Assembly: GCA_964016885.1 (NCBI GenBank)
Contig: OZ024743.1
Coordinates: 73,904,001 to 73,968,000 of the forward strand
Source of the DNA: Eledone cirrhosa
Lineage: Eukaryota
Length of the DNA stretch: 64,000 nucleotides
Reading direction: 5' to 3'
Position numbers and translations under genes: made by a program. Of this stretch, positions 1-13,696 are shown in pieces (the first letter of the stretch is position 1; every line of letters starts with the position of its first letter). The notes under the pieces were generated by a model that did no database searches, had not been told where the DNA came from, and saw only the letters and a list, made by a program, of their open reading frames with translations.

Positions 1-302
1 TTGTAGGCGCTCTGGGAATGATACCTAAGGGGTCTAATGATTATTTATCGCAAATACCAGGAAACCCGCGTATAGGAGAAATACAAAAGATAGTACTAAT
101 GGGAACTGCCCATATACTAAGGAAGATTCTGTCAATATAAGTACATCACAAGTCTAAACACTAAAGATGCATGTGTGAATATGTATGTTCTTTCTTGAAC
201 ATGGCAGACCTTGTTGTCTCTTGAGGTCACTGGTTGTGACTTGGTGATAACTCGTATGAACATAAAGCAAGATAAATGCAACTGTAATAATAATAATAAT
301 AA
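1..302 (+). mobile_element. 3' end of an RLE-type non-LTR retrotransposon (R4/Dong-like, different family from the one at 2318) with (TAA)n tail
   Basis: Frame reads VGALGMIPKG...IGEIQKIVLMGTAHILRKILSI* (stop near 140), a typical RLE C-terminus. A short 3' UTR and (TAA)n follow. Confidence 0.75.
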
Positions 303-303
303 T

Positions 304-430
304 TGCTGGGAACAGCAAGAACCCTCCGATACGTCCTGAATATCTGAGGCTTCAGGTAGTGGCTTGATATTCATTTCAACAAACTTTCCAGTTAACTAAC
401 ATCAATGACTGAGACTCAAAGAGTAATAAC

Positions 431-500
<70 letters not shown>
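304..500 (+). mobile_element. Very short 5'-truncated copy of the R4/Dong-like LINE plus (AAT)n tail
   Basis: Near identity to 5690-5810, followed by (AAT)n. Confidence 0.85.
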
Positions 501-502
<2 letters not shown>

Positions 503-838
503 GAGAGTGCAAGAGATGGAGAGGGAGAAAATTAACCGATACCAGGACTTAAAGTGGGAGGTATAAAGGATTTGGAACTGCCATGAAGTCAAAGTGGTCC
601 CGATTGTCATAGGCGCACTAGGTACTATCTCAACAAGTTTTCAGGGATGGTTAAAGAAAATTGGCCCCTTCACGCTTTTTGGAACGCTTGAAAAGGCATG
701 CTTGCTGGGAACAGCAAGAACCCTCCGATACGTCCTGAATATCTGAGGCTGCAGGTAGTGGCTTGATATTCATTTCAACAAACTTTCCAGTTAACTAACA
801 TCAATGACTGAGACTCAAAGAGTAATAACAACAACAAC

Positions 839-914
<76 letters not shown>
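501..914 (+). mobile_element. 5'-truncated copy of the R4/Dong-like LINE plus (AAC)(AAT)n tail
   Basis: Near identity to about 5488-5810, followed by (AAT)n. Confidence 0.9.
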
Positions 915-1149
915 GGGAAGAAGACGCACCTGGTGGATAGAAGGTCATGAAATCGTTCCCGTAAGATTTTGATTTTTAACATATTTAAATCAATTGTGAA
1001 ATAACAATTCTTAGTACAAATGATACATAAAGCACCAGACTCAAGTCTCAGAAAAATTCGGATCCATAATATATTGTTATATCGCTCAAATATTCAATTT
1101 TGTATTATACATTTTATATTCAAAAAAGAAAATGGTTATACATGGAAGA

Positions 1150-1920
1150 AAACCCCCTCTGTCTACACTATATAGAACAGCCAAATAACAGCAATTTCAC
1201 CAACACCACAAACTAGATACACCACCTATCCCATCACTCCTCTGTGTACACTAAATACAACAGCCAGATAACGGCAATTTCACCACCACCACCACCAATC
1301 CCAGCATAATAATTATAACTACTATTATTATTGTCTCAAGTTTTTACAAAATGTTTAATTCCAATATTAAGAAAAATATGTCAACACATATATTAAACAT
1401 ACGCGACTAACCGCATAGATTCACCGATCAAACAAACTACAGTCTATTCAACAAAATTCAGTAACGACAACGCCATCAGTATAGTCACCGCCGCCACCAC
1501 TCCATCCATCATTGCTACCACTATCCTATCACCGCCGCCACCACTCCTTCATTGCTACCACCGCTATTCCCCCATTACCTTCTGTTAACTTACGAAAGGG
1601 GAAGGTGGCGGTATCACTAGACAATATTAATAAACAAAATGACTAAATAGCTAAATAGCTAAAGATAATTTCACCACCAGCACCACCACCACTACCACGC
1701 TAAAAACTCTGGTCAAGTTGCTTCAACCTCTATTTCTACTTCAACTTCAACACCATCACTACAGTACTACGATCACATCACCACCACCACTGCCTCATTA
1801 TCGCTACCGCCGCTATTCTCTCCCACTACCTCCTACTATGTACTACTAGCACAGCACCACCACCACCACCACTGCCTCATTATCACTACTGCCGCTATTC
1901 TCTCCCACTACCTCCTGATA
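1150..1920. repeat. Degenerate (ACC)-rich low-complexity region with diverged 50-90 bp tandem duplications
   Basis: Repeated caccaccaccactgcctcattatc.ctac.gccgctattctctcccactacctcct units. Confidence 0.6.
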
Positions 1921-2317
1921 CATCGTAGTGTCCCCACTAACAGAGGAAGGCATCAAAATATATAAATAGACTGAATTGATGACCCGGTCAAAATCAAAAA
2001 ACCAAAATCAAAATCAAAGCAGCACAGCAACAACGAAAAACGTAAAGAAAAGAAAAATGAAGAGAAGAACAAACAGACGGACAGAGAAGGGAAGGGAAAA
2101 ACTAAGTCAGACATTCAAACATTACATTACAATGAAACTTATGCTAATTCATTTTTGGGGGTTTTTTTTGCCTGTTTGTTTGTTTGTTTATTTATGTTCG
2201 TCTACAGCGTGATAATGCCACACAAAAATCACCGGGAGTGACGAAATCACTGGAGGTGATGAAATCACCGGTGTTTATGTAACCATACATTCGCCAATCC
2301 TCGATAAGAGTGTTTAA

Positions 2318-5300
2318 ATGTCGAACCTAAACAGTTCGAATAACGGTGAAGTGGAGACTAGAATGTCATGTGACAGACTTTCACCCAACAGGTGCTCCCT
2401 GGCTCAGCAGCAGGGACCTGATTGTCAACCAAATACTGCTGGTGTCGGAGGAAGAAGAAGGAAAGGGACCAGAACCAACTGGACGAAAGAATTGAATAGA
2501 ACTGTTATGCAATGTTACCTGAAGTGTAACCCCAAGGAGAAAGGCTATAGGAAACGGATGCATAACATCTGGAACTAGATTGGTCTATTTAAATTAGATG
2601 AACAAAAATTGCCCGGGCAGGCTCGGGTAATAAGAACTAATGGATGGATAAGCGAACTGGAGGAACTGAGCAGAGAGATTAGGTTGGGAATGGAGAGTGG
2701 AGTATGCCAGGCAAACGAGCCAGTTGGAAATGAAGGTGAAGAGGTCGAGAGAACGGAGGAACCATCCGAAGCAGACAATGATCTGAATGCTGAAATAAAT
2801 AGTACCTGGAACAGAGATACGGCCACTGAGGAGATGAATGCTGACGGGCTAGGACAAGATTTGGTTGATATCCTAAACTTAGTGGTAGATGAATTGAACA
2901 ATGATAGTGGGAAACCTATGAACCTAAGATTTGTAGACAGGAAAAAGTTAAAAGAAACAACAGCTAAGGTAAACAAAGTCATCCCATACCTTGAGGCGAG
3001 GAGCCTTCACCAGTGCAACAATATCCTCAAAGCAACAGCAAATACGGTGAGGAAACTACTTGGTATAAAAGCGAGAGGAAACAACAGAAAGAAAGAGCAG
3101 AGCCTTGGTGGAAGAAACGACTGAGTGGTCAAATCAGGGAAATGAGAAATGACATTGGAAAGCTTGAGTCCCTACTGAATGGAACACTAAAAAACATAGA
3201 CACTAAAAATAGACTGGAAATAAAGTACAAAACTAGGAGGAAAAAGCTAAATATTATCATAGAGGAACTGAAGCAACGCATTGTAGCAAAGAGTGGAAAA
3301 ATCAGGCGATACGAGAACAGAGTCAGTCAGTATAGACAGAACCGCATGTTTGACAACAACCAGAAGATGCTGTTTGGACAGCTTGAAGGGAAAGAAAGAG
3401 GCAACGACTTGATCCCTGAGGCGGAACAAACTAAAACATTCTGGAGAGGAATATGGGAGCAGGATGTTAAACATAATGACCAGGCAGTGTGGATTGAGAC
3501 AGTACAGAAGGAGATTAGTGAACAGGCACACCAACAAACTGATTTGAGTATCACAGTTGAAACTCTTAAGGGGCAGGCCAAAAAACTAACCAAATGCAAA
3601 TCACCAGGCCCAGATGGTGTGCAGGGGTATTGGATTAAAAATATAACATCCCTCCACCCGAAACTGACAACCATGTTCAATGACTGCTTGATGTCAGGTG
3701 AGGTACCAGAGTGGTTGACAAAAGGTACCACAGTTCTGATAATGAAAGACCGAATCAAGTGTAATGATGTTACCAACTATAGACCTATCACATGTCTGTC
3801 CGTAATGTGGAAACTGTTGACAAGCATTATGTCTGAGGAAATCTACCATCACCTCCACACAAACAACTTGTTACCGGACGAACAGAAAGGATGCCGAAAG
3901 AAGTCCCGTGGTACAAAGGACCAGTTACTTATTGATAAGATGGTAATGAGGAATTGCAAGAGGAGACACGCTGGTCTTGCCATGGGATGGATAGACTACA
4001 AAAAGGCATTTGACATGGTGCCTCATTCTTGGATCACCAAAAGCCTAGAGATCTTCAAGGTGGCAGATAACATCAGACAGTTGTTGGGCAAAAGTATGAA
4101 GTCCTGGGAAAAAGAGTTAACATCAGCTGGAGAATCCTTGGGAAGCGTGAAGATCAAGAGAGGTATCTTCCAGGGAGATAGTCTGTCCCCTCTGTTGTTT
4201 GTCCTTGCCCTGATGCCCCTGACCAGTATACTGCGAAAAGTGAGAGCAGGATACAGGTTGGGAAAGGGAGGGCTTACCATCAATCACCTTCTCTTCATGG
4301 ACGATCTTAAGCTCTTCGGAAAGAGTGAGAAGGAGTTGGATGTGCTTGTTGACACTGTACGTATTTTCAGCAATGATATATGTATGCAATTTGGTATTAG
4401 TAAGTGTGGAGTCCTTGTGATGAAGAGGGGTAAATTGAGCAGAAGTAACGGAATCCAGGTACCAACAGGTGAGATGATAAAGGAAATTGACACTGAAGAG
4501 GGATACAAGTATTTGGGAGTTCTGGAAGCTGATGACATCAAGAACAAAAAAATGAAGGAATTGATAAGAACTGAATACATTCGGAGAGTAAGGAGCGTAT
4601 TAAAGTCACATCTGAACAGTAGGAATGCCATAAGTGCAGTAAATTCCTGAGCTGTGTCTATTATTAGGTACAGTGCGGGAATTCTGAGATGGAATGTTGC
4701 GGAACAAAAAGAAATGGATAGGAAGACTCGGAAGCTATTGACTATCTACAACATGTTCCACAAGAGGAGTGATGTCGATAGACTCTACTTAAGGAGATCT
4801 GAAGGTGGAAGAGGTCTTATCAGCATAGAGGACTGTGTTCAGATGGAGAAAAACAACCTACACAAATACGTGACTGATAGTAAGGAGCCAATGCTCAGAA
4901 CTGTACTGAAGGAGAGGACAATAGACCAGGGGATGTCCAAGGAGGAAATAACATCAAGGAGAAAGAGCAGCCTTCAGGAAAAATCCCTTCATAGTACCTT
5001 CTTTAAGAAAACTGAATTCAGAGATCCACAGACATGGAACTGGTTGAAAAGAGGAGACTTTAAAAAGGCTACAGAAGGAATGTTAATGGCTGCGCAAGAG
5101 CAGGCCCTCAAAACGAAGTGGTTGAAACACCATATTTACAAGGAGGAGGCTAGCCCACTGTGCAGGATCTGTGGAGAGAGAGGGGAGACTGTGGCTCACA
5201 TTGTATCGGAGTCTAAACACCTAGCCCAGACTCACTATAAGTCTGGAGACATGATGTGATGGGCAGGGTGATCCAATGGCACCTATGCAAAGTAAACAAT

Positions 5301-5806
5301 TTACCACATTCTGAGAAGTGGTATGAGTATAAGCCAGAGTCGGTGATAGAAAACGATCAGGTGAAGGTGCTGTGGGATTTTAGGATACAGACGGACAAGA
5401 AACTGGAACACAATAGACCTGACCTGGTGGTTGTGGACAAAGAAAAAAGATCGTGCCTGATTGTGCATGTGGCCTGCCCATTCGACACGAGAGTGCAAGA
5501 GAAGGAGAGGGAGAAAATTAACCGATACCAGGACTTAAAGTGGGAGGTAAAAAGGATTTGGAACTGCCATGAAGTCAAAGTGATCCCGATTGTCATAGGC
5601 GCACTGGGGACTATCTCAAAAAGTTTCCAGGGATGGTTAAAGAAAATCGGCCCCTTCACGCTTTTTGGAACGCTTCAAAAGGCATGCTTGCTGGGAACAG
5701 CAAGAACCCTCCGATACGTCCTGAATATCTGAGGCTGCAGGTAGTGGCTTGATATTCATTCCAACGGACTTTCCAGTTAACTAACATCAATGACTGAGAT
5801 TCAAGG

Positions 5807-5839
<33 letters not shown>

Positions 5840-5845
5840 AATAAT
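2318..5845 (+). mobile_element. Near full-length, disrupted R4/Dong-like non-LTR retrotransposon (RT plus C-terminal zinc knuckle and restriction-like endonuclease)
   Basis: N-terminal WTKELNRTVMQCY. RT motifs SPGPDG, YRPITCL, DYKKAFD, GIFQGDSLSPLLF, LFMDD, YKYLG. Knuckle CRICGERGETVAHIVS. RLE RPDLVV...KEREKINRYQDL. (TAA)n tail. Stops at about 2576 and 4648; frameshifts near 3090 and 5240. Confidence 0.92.
3013..4650 (+). pseudogene. Reverse transcriptase domain of the R4/Dong-like LINE
   Basis: 545-aa ORF with all core non-LTR RT motifs, ending at a premature TGA. Confidence 0.9.
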
Positions 5846-5995
5846 ACAAGGGCGATTTGTTAAACCTTCATTACGTTTATTGTTTGGTGACTCGCGTTTC
5901 GCTATTGATCAGCTCAAGGTTCGATCTGTATCGATCTGGCCCGACTCTCGAATCAAAAGCTCGTCGGACCTCTGTTGTAGTAACGACAGAATGTG

Positions 5996-6530
<535 letters not shown>

Positions 6531-7403
6531 TCGACGTAATTGTATGTGCACGAATCAGTTTCGTGGAGACGCTTGAATAATTGTCAAAATCCTAACACCA
6601 AACGAAGAGAGGAATCGATTTCTAGTCATAAATAACAATGTTTATGGTAACATAGACTGAAGTCGAATTATAGTTTCGGACACTAAGACATTTCAAAGAG
6701 CCAGCATTTCTAGATCTAAGTAAATATATGAATATAGAAGTAAAACATCACCAACTAAATGTAAAAAGAAAGTTTGAACTATTAAGTTCTTGGTTTTTTT
6801 CTTTTCTTGAGGCGTGTCAGATAGAAGAGAGAGCGAAAAAGAAAAGTGATATAAAATGAGGAAATGTTGGTAGAAAAACAGCAACTACTCATTGTAATAA
6901 CTTCTGACATTGATGAAAAATATCAAGTATTAGGAAATAATATCTTACAGTTAGGATTGCTTATGTAAAGCGAATAGAAGTTAAAACGTTGAATGATCGG
7001 GATTGGCACCAAGAAGCTACAGTTTGTGTTCACTTGTTAAAGGTGTATTTTTAACAGAATTAGAAGGAAGATTATGAACGTAAATATATTTATGAAATTC
7101 TAGCAATCAAATGTAGTTTGGTATCAACCTTGGCGAGCGTTTCACATAACAAAGTCATCTCCTGTCGTACTTCAGTTATTGTTTTTGAATTGAATTCTTT
7201 TGAGATAACTGAGTGAACTATGTGGTGGGAAGTATAATAGGCTATGAATTATTGTATAGCTGCCATTATACGCAGCTTGCAATATCATACACGCAGCTCG
7301 TTATCAAAATGATGTTTAGAATCCAATAGTAAAGTTGACTGAACCATCTCAGATGGCCAAATACTCGTTCTTGTTTTTTTAACCATGTCTACTATAGCAG
7401 TTG

Positions 7404-7486
7404 GTGTAAAGGTACGTGGCTTTGGGGTAAGGTATTCGACTCACAATCGTAAGGTCGTGTGTATGATTCCCGGTGGCGCGTTGTGT
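7404..7486 (+). mobile_element. Degenerate tRNA-derived SINE head (family 2)
   Basis: ggtacgtggctttggggtaaggtattcgactcacaatcgtaaggtcgtgtgtatgattcccgg, similar to 10688 and 57712. Confidence 0.6.
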
Positions 7487-7599
7487 ATTTTAAATAGTGG
7501 GTCCATTTGTGGGACTATTCTCGTTCCTAATTTTTGTGGTCTTCAGCAGACTGTTACAGAGAAGTGAAACACACATGGTCGATGCCGACAGAGGTCCAT

Positions 7600-7916
7600 T
7601 GATTTTTTTTATATAAGGAGTAGTATGTATCGGAGCTGTATATCCGATACATACAATTTGGATATCACAGGCATGTAGTTAGAATGTTTCAGGAAAGAAG
7701 CGCTGGACAGATTTTACGGCCAAAACCGATCAGCAGGAGACCCAAAGGTAGACCCCGAGCAAGATGGTTGGATAGCATCCATGAACTCAGTTGGTTTCGC
7801 TTGGGGATCCTGCTGGATCAGTTGGAGACGGTTGTTTCTGACAGGACCCGCTGGAAGGAGTGTTTGGGAACTCTACCATCAACGACAAACTCAGGAATAA
7901 GTGCAAGAAGAAGAAG
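7600..7916 (+). mobile_element. 3' fragment of an RTE-clade LINE
   Basis: GHVVRM...RRPKGRPRARWLD...RTRW is a typical RTE C-terminus. A short (AGA)n tail follows. Confidence 0.65.
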
Positions 7917-8008
7917 TGTAGTATGTTCAGTTGATCGAACACCAGAAACAGTCACCGTCGAAAGCGATGGAGATTCATCGTATATCAGAAATAATTCGAG
8001 ACTCAGTA

Positions 8009-8181
8009 TAATTGTTTCTACTTTTGGTACAAGGCCAACAATTATCCAAGTGTATTACTGGTACTTTATTTTATCGACCCGTAAGGATGAAAGGCAAAGT
8101 TAACCTCGGCGGAATTTGAACTCAGACCATAAAGGGACGTAACTCTTTACTGCAAAGCATAGCGTCCGACCCTCTACCGTA
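8009..8181 (-). mobile_element. tRNA-derived SINE (family 1)
   Basis: Reverse complement of the copy at 27442, with a B box GAGTTCAAATTCC and the conserved core cctttcatccttacggggtcgataaaataaagtaccag. Confidence 0.85.
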
Positions 8182-8894
8182 TAATATTAATCAAAACAAA
8201 GAGTTGATTACTGTTAAAGTCAGACGATGAAAGGTTGGCCTTTGTCTTTGAAATATATTTTATACTTAAAAACAATAAAATCATCGATTTAGGGTTAAAC
8301 TAATTGACACTTTCAGAGAATGGTCAGTTGAATGTTATATAATAAATAAATGGATTATTATTTTATTAAATACATTATTATGAATTATATATTTGGTCAA
8401 TTTGAACTTTGACATTGAACATCGTATTTTTTCAGATAAATGCTGATTTCAATAACGAACGCACGTTCTTTAAGATTGATATAAATGAAAAAGAAAATAT
8501 ATTCTTTACTCTAAGAACAGTTCTCGAAGAAAATAGGTTGGCTACACGAAAAGGCTATGACAAAAGGTTAAATCTTGATATAAATCGTATTAGCTGAAAC
8601 TGGTAAATAAAATTGCGGTGGATAATGGGAAAATAGCGGACAACTTAATCTAATAAGCACGAGTACAAACAAACGCACGAACAAATCACTCATGCATTTC
8701 TAGTTTAAAACAAACTTACTTATAAACAAAACACACACACATATATACACATTTGCTCCCTTTCTCCATTTCTCTCTTTCTACCTATGTATGTATGTATG
8801 TATGTATGTATGTATGTATGTATGTATGTATGATTGTATGTATATATGTATGTATGTGCGTGTATGTGTTTGTGTGTAATAATGTAAGGATCAA

Positions 8895-9400
8895 ACCGCC
8901 AGCCTCTTTCAAAAACGAAAGAGAGGCGGTTTTCCTCTGTACTGTGGCTATGGTGAAAGAGGTTATATGGTGGACGAGATTGAGAGGACTGAGGACAGAT
9001 GCCTTTCTACCCGGGTAACAATTGATTCCCTTCTTTAAGTATCCCTTTAGAAGAAGAATCAGAGTGGAGAGAGAGGCACAGCACCCCAGTAAATTTACTG
9101 AAAGGTGGGTGAATGAAGCGAAAATGGCCCGAGTGATTGGGCCTTCTCTGTTTATAAATCTGTAGGTTAAAGAAGAGAGCAAAAGGAAGAAAGGAGCACT
9201 TGCACAACACGCTCCTGAAGTTGAGGGTTGTTCTATCGACGGGGTATTAAACAACCCATTTGTGCTGCCTCCCCCCTATTGGGGATTTCGATTGTTATAA
9301 TTGTTTGTTTCAATATTTTTACACGACTGTATGTAAAATCCCCGGCACGTGTCCTTGTTTTGTCCCCTTTTCTTGTGCGCCCTTGTGGCAAATAAAGAAA
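8895..9400 (+). mobile_element. 3' fragment of a Tx1/L1-type LINE related to the element at 13482-18507
   Basis: AVFLCTVAMVKEVIWWTRLRGLRTD resembles the ORF2 C-terminus near 18020-18100. The 3' end cccttgtggcaaataaa is similar. Confidence 0.8.
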
Positions 9401-9419
9401 TATATATATCTAGACAGAG

Positions 9420-10004
<585 letters not shown>

Positions 10005-10250
10005 GTACCATGCGGTTAAACCATGGGAGTGAAGGACCCCTAGCCTTTGTCAGGGCATTCTTCTAGAAGGCAACTCAGGAAACTGGGATAACTCCGATAT
10101 AAAACCTGCGGCTCAGTAGTTACCGATGATGTTGATCTTTTCTTCTTTTCGGGTTATAGCTACTGTCGCTCAGAGAGTGGGATTGGCTCAGTGCACAGTC
10201 TTTCCTCATTTAAAAAAATATCTTCATGCACAGGCATTGCACGATAGAAT
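10005..10250 (+). mobile_element. Interspersed repeat fragment related to 59110-59300 (opposite strand), possibly a LINE 5' region
   Basis: Shared words gacccct(t)agcctt(t)gtca, agagagtggga.tggct, cacaggcattgc. Confidence 0.5.
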
Positions 10251-10478
10251 TAATTAATAATTATTAATAATGGTATATCGTGCAATGGCCATACTCGATA
10301 ACGAGAGGGTAGCCATCATATATGTATTTATGTATACACACCCAGACATCCACGTATATGTTTCTGTGTCTAGTTCTCGCTTTCTTTGTCGTTTTCTCTT
10401 TCTTTTTCATATACACTTAAGTCTCTTGCAATTTCATTTATTGATGATAGATATGGCTATTCTAGATTACAATTTGCA

Positions 10479-10649
<171 letters not shown>

Positions 10650-10687
10650 CACAAAAGAAAATGCTATTAATTTTATATATTATTAAT

Positions 10688-10860
10688 GGAGCGTGACTTA
10701 ATGGTTAGAGGGTTGTATTCACAATCGTGAGGTTGTGAGTTCGATTCCCAGACTGGGCGATACATTGTTTCCTTGAGCAAGACATTATTTTATGTTGCTC
10801 CTGTAGAAATAAGTTGCCATCTCACTGGTGCCAAGCTGTATCAGTCATTACCTTTCCCAT
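10688..10860 (+). mobile_element. tRNA-derived SINE (family 2)
   Basis: A-box-like gtgacttaatggttag, B box gagttcgattcc, core ccttgagcaagaca...ttgctcc. Confidence 0.8.
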
Positions 10861-11699
10861 TCCCATTCTCATTACAATACACTCAGACATCAACGAACAA
10901 GGTAAATAAATACTTTTACAAACATTAAAAACAAAACGACGCCATGACATGATACAGAACTATCATTCCCTTAAAAGTTTCTAGAATGTTTTAGTTTTAC
11001 CATTACCAGTAAATAATTCCATCTCTTTCCAAATTTCGAAATAGATTCAAACAATTATAATTTATTGTCAGCACAACTGACGATTCTAGCACAAAAATAC
11101 ATAATGGTTTCAAAAACAAAACAAATACATACATATATACACTAAAGTGAAGAGGGCAAACTGTCCAAGTATCGACCGCTCTCGGATAGGTTTGTGGTAG
11201 AGCCTGTAGCAGTGGAGACATCCGGCATTCTTGGCCACCGGACCACATCCCTATTCACTGGTGTCGGAGCGGAGTTGAACGTCCGCCGGTGTGATCCCGC
11301 GAGGGGAGTGGCTGTTCCACGCGTTTCCCTCACCGTTCTTGGGGGCAATGCATTTTCTATCATGCCTGCCGAGGCCCGGACTCGGAGGGTAAGTTAGTTG
11401 GTAGTGAGGATGCTGCTACTGACATCAGTAAACTCCATTACTCTCGACCGTAAAGCTAATAAAACCCAATACGAAATAAACAACACTAAACAATGGTTCA
11501 CAAACTCTAGTTTCGGTCATACTATTTTCTAAGGAAAAGCAACTCGTCCACAATTTTCAATCTTATAAATGGTTTTACTCTAAAGTCTAAAGTCTGTCTC
11601 GAACCAGTAATCTCGTTAGCCCAGTGATTATCTCAGTATCGTTGCGTGAAGTGACTGAGAGTACATGATTCCCCTTGGACATGACGCCAGTCCATTGCA

Positions 11700-11975
11700 G
11701 GATCAAAATCTGTCTCAAGCCAGGAGGCGCATCAGGCTGCTGCTTATCCCGATTTCGTGGTGTGAAGCGACTGAGAGTACATGACTCTCACTTAACATGA
11801 TGCTAGTCCATTGCAGGGTTAAACCTCCAACTGTTGCTGGTACTCATTTTCAGCTGATTATACTGGAGCAACGTAAAATGAAGTGTTTTGCTCAAGAACA
11901 CAACACACAACCCAACCCAGAAATCGAACCCACATTATGATCGTATGTCCCACACCCTTACCACAAGGCCACTCC
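11700..11975 (-). mobile_element. tRNA-derived SINE (family 2-related) with a duplicated 3' segment
   Basis: Reverse strand reads ggttcgatttc...tgtgttcttgagcaaaacacttcattttacgttgctccag. Confidence 0.7.
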
Positions 11976-12199
11976 CCACAAACTGGTGTAAGACAACAAC
12001 CAATTCTCTCAGCAAATAATTTAAATTAACTTAATCATGCATACATAGTGCGCATTCCTGTATGGTCCCTTAACTCCTGAGGAGTCGCGGGGACACCGTA
12101 TTGATATACGGCTTTTCTCGGCCATTCTAAAACCTGACAGAGCCCAATCCTCTCCAGGTTTGAATACAACCAATTTTGAGTGATAGAATAGAACCGAGA

Positions 12200-12377
12200 A
12201 AGTGATATAGAGGAAGAGTCGACCTCAGTATTAGACTGGTACTTTTTTATCGACCTTGAATGGATGAAAGACAAAGTTGACTTCGGCGAGATTTAAACTC
12301 AGAGAGCACTGAGTCGAAATGAATACTGCAAAGTTTTCTATCTATCGTTCTAACGACGCTGCTAACTCGCCGCCCTT
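12200..12377 (-). mobile_element. Degenerate SINE (family 1-related)
   Basis: ctggtacttttttatcgacc...gatgaaagacaaagttgac core and a gggcggcgag head. Confidence 0.65.
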
Positions 12378-13177
12378 TCACAAAGTATACACACAACCCA
12401 TTACTCCCACCCTTGCACCATTATCAAACTATGTATCTATCATAGCCATGCATCAGACAGTGAGATAGCTAGCTTCAAAACAACAGATATAAGTAAACAC
12501 TTTCTAAGTCCACTGTCTCACTTTTCTTACTAACAATAGCAGAAAACATTAACTACAATCATAAATACTAACATTAACATACATAACACAACCAAAGAGT
12601 ATAAACATACAACAAATTGCATGCAACACATCGGCAACATTTGCAGCACACGTAAAATATAAGGAGAAGAAATCGACGCTCAAACATGTTTAGAGACCGA
12701 CACATACAAACAGGTTTATTGAACTCACAACTGACTAACAGACAAACATGTTTATAGAACTCACAACTGACTACCACGGACAAACAACAAACACAGTGCT
12801 GTAGAAATAATAATCCCACGATTTCTCAAAGACCTGCCGCTGTGTGAATATTTGGTTGGCACTGCTGCGTCCTGGGTGAAAACCACACTGCTCCTCAGTG
12901 AGCTTGGAATCAACAATCTCCCTACATCTCTTTGCTAGACAGTATAAAAACTTATTTTACTAAATTCCTCGAAATTCTAGATTATTCTCCAAATTATTTG
13001 AAACAGACAAGCATTGTTTTTCATTAGAAATATGGTAATGGAATGGTTAAAATTGTAAGACCACCTGGATATGCAAGGAAAGCAATTAGTTGCTACAGGA
13101 AACTCCACCTATCACAGCTACAGAGACCCAAACATCAACACTAACTCCAAACGTTGTACTATTTCTCTCAAACACCA

Positions 13178-13265
<88 letters not shown>

Positions 13266-13696
13266 GCTCCCTCTCCAGGTTAATATGAATGTTGAAATAT
13301 GACACAAGCATACAAAAGCTAGTAATTTATCTCAATACTGTGGTAATAAGGAATAATTTCCCTAAATATTGTCATTGATAATAAGATGCAATTTATCAAA
13401 ACATTTGCTGCAAATTCTCTCTAAAAACAATGATTCGTCAATAATGGTATAATAAATAACTGTATTATTATTATTATTATTGAGTCTGAACGGACGTCAT
13501 TTTGCTCGCTCCCGTAAGTTCACTTATTTACCTATCAAAATTGAGTTATTGAATTTGTTGTTGTTTGTATGGCATACGAGCCCTTGGACTTTGCCCTGTG
13601 AAGGGGAAAGAATAATATTTGGGTCTTTTGGCCCAAATATTTGAACTTTTTTACATTTTAAAAAAATTATCGAGAAAAATAAAACCCCCAAAAAAC

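Noticed and set aside
12830-13080. Possible old LINE RT fragment on the minus strand
   Set aside because: Only a vague resemblance; no motif could be read with confidence.
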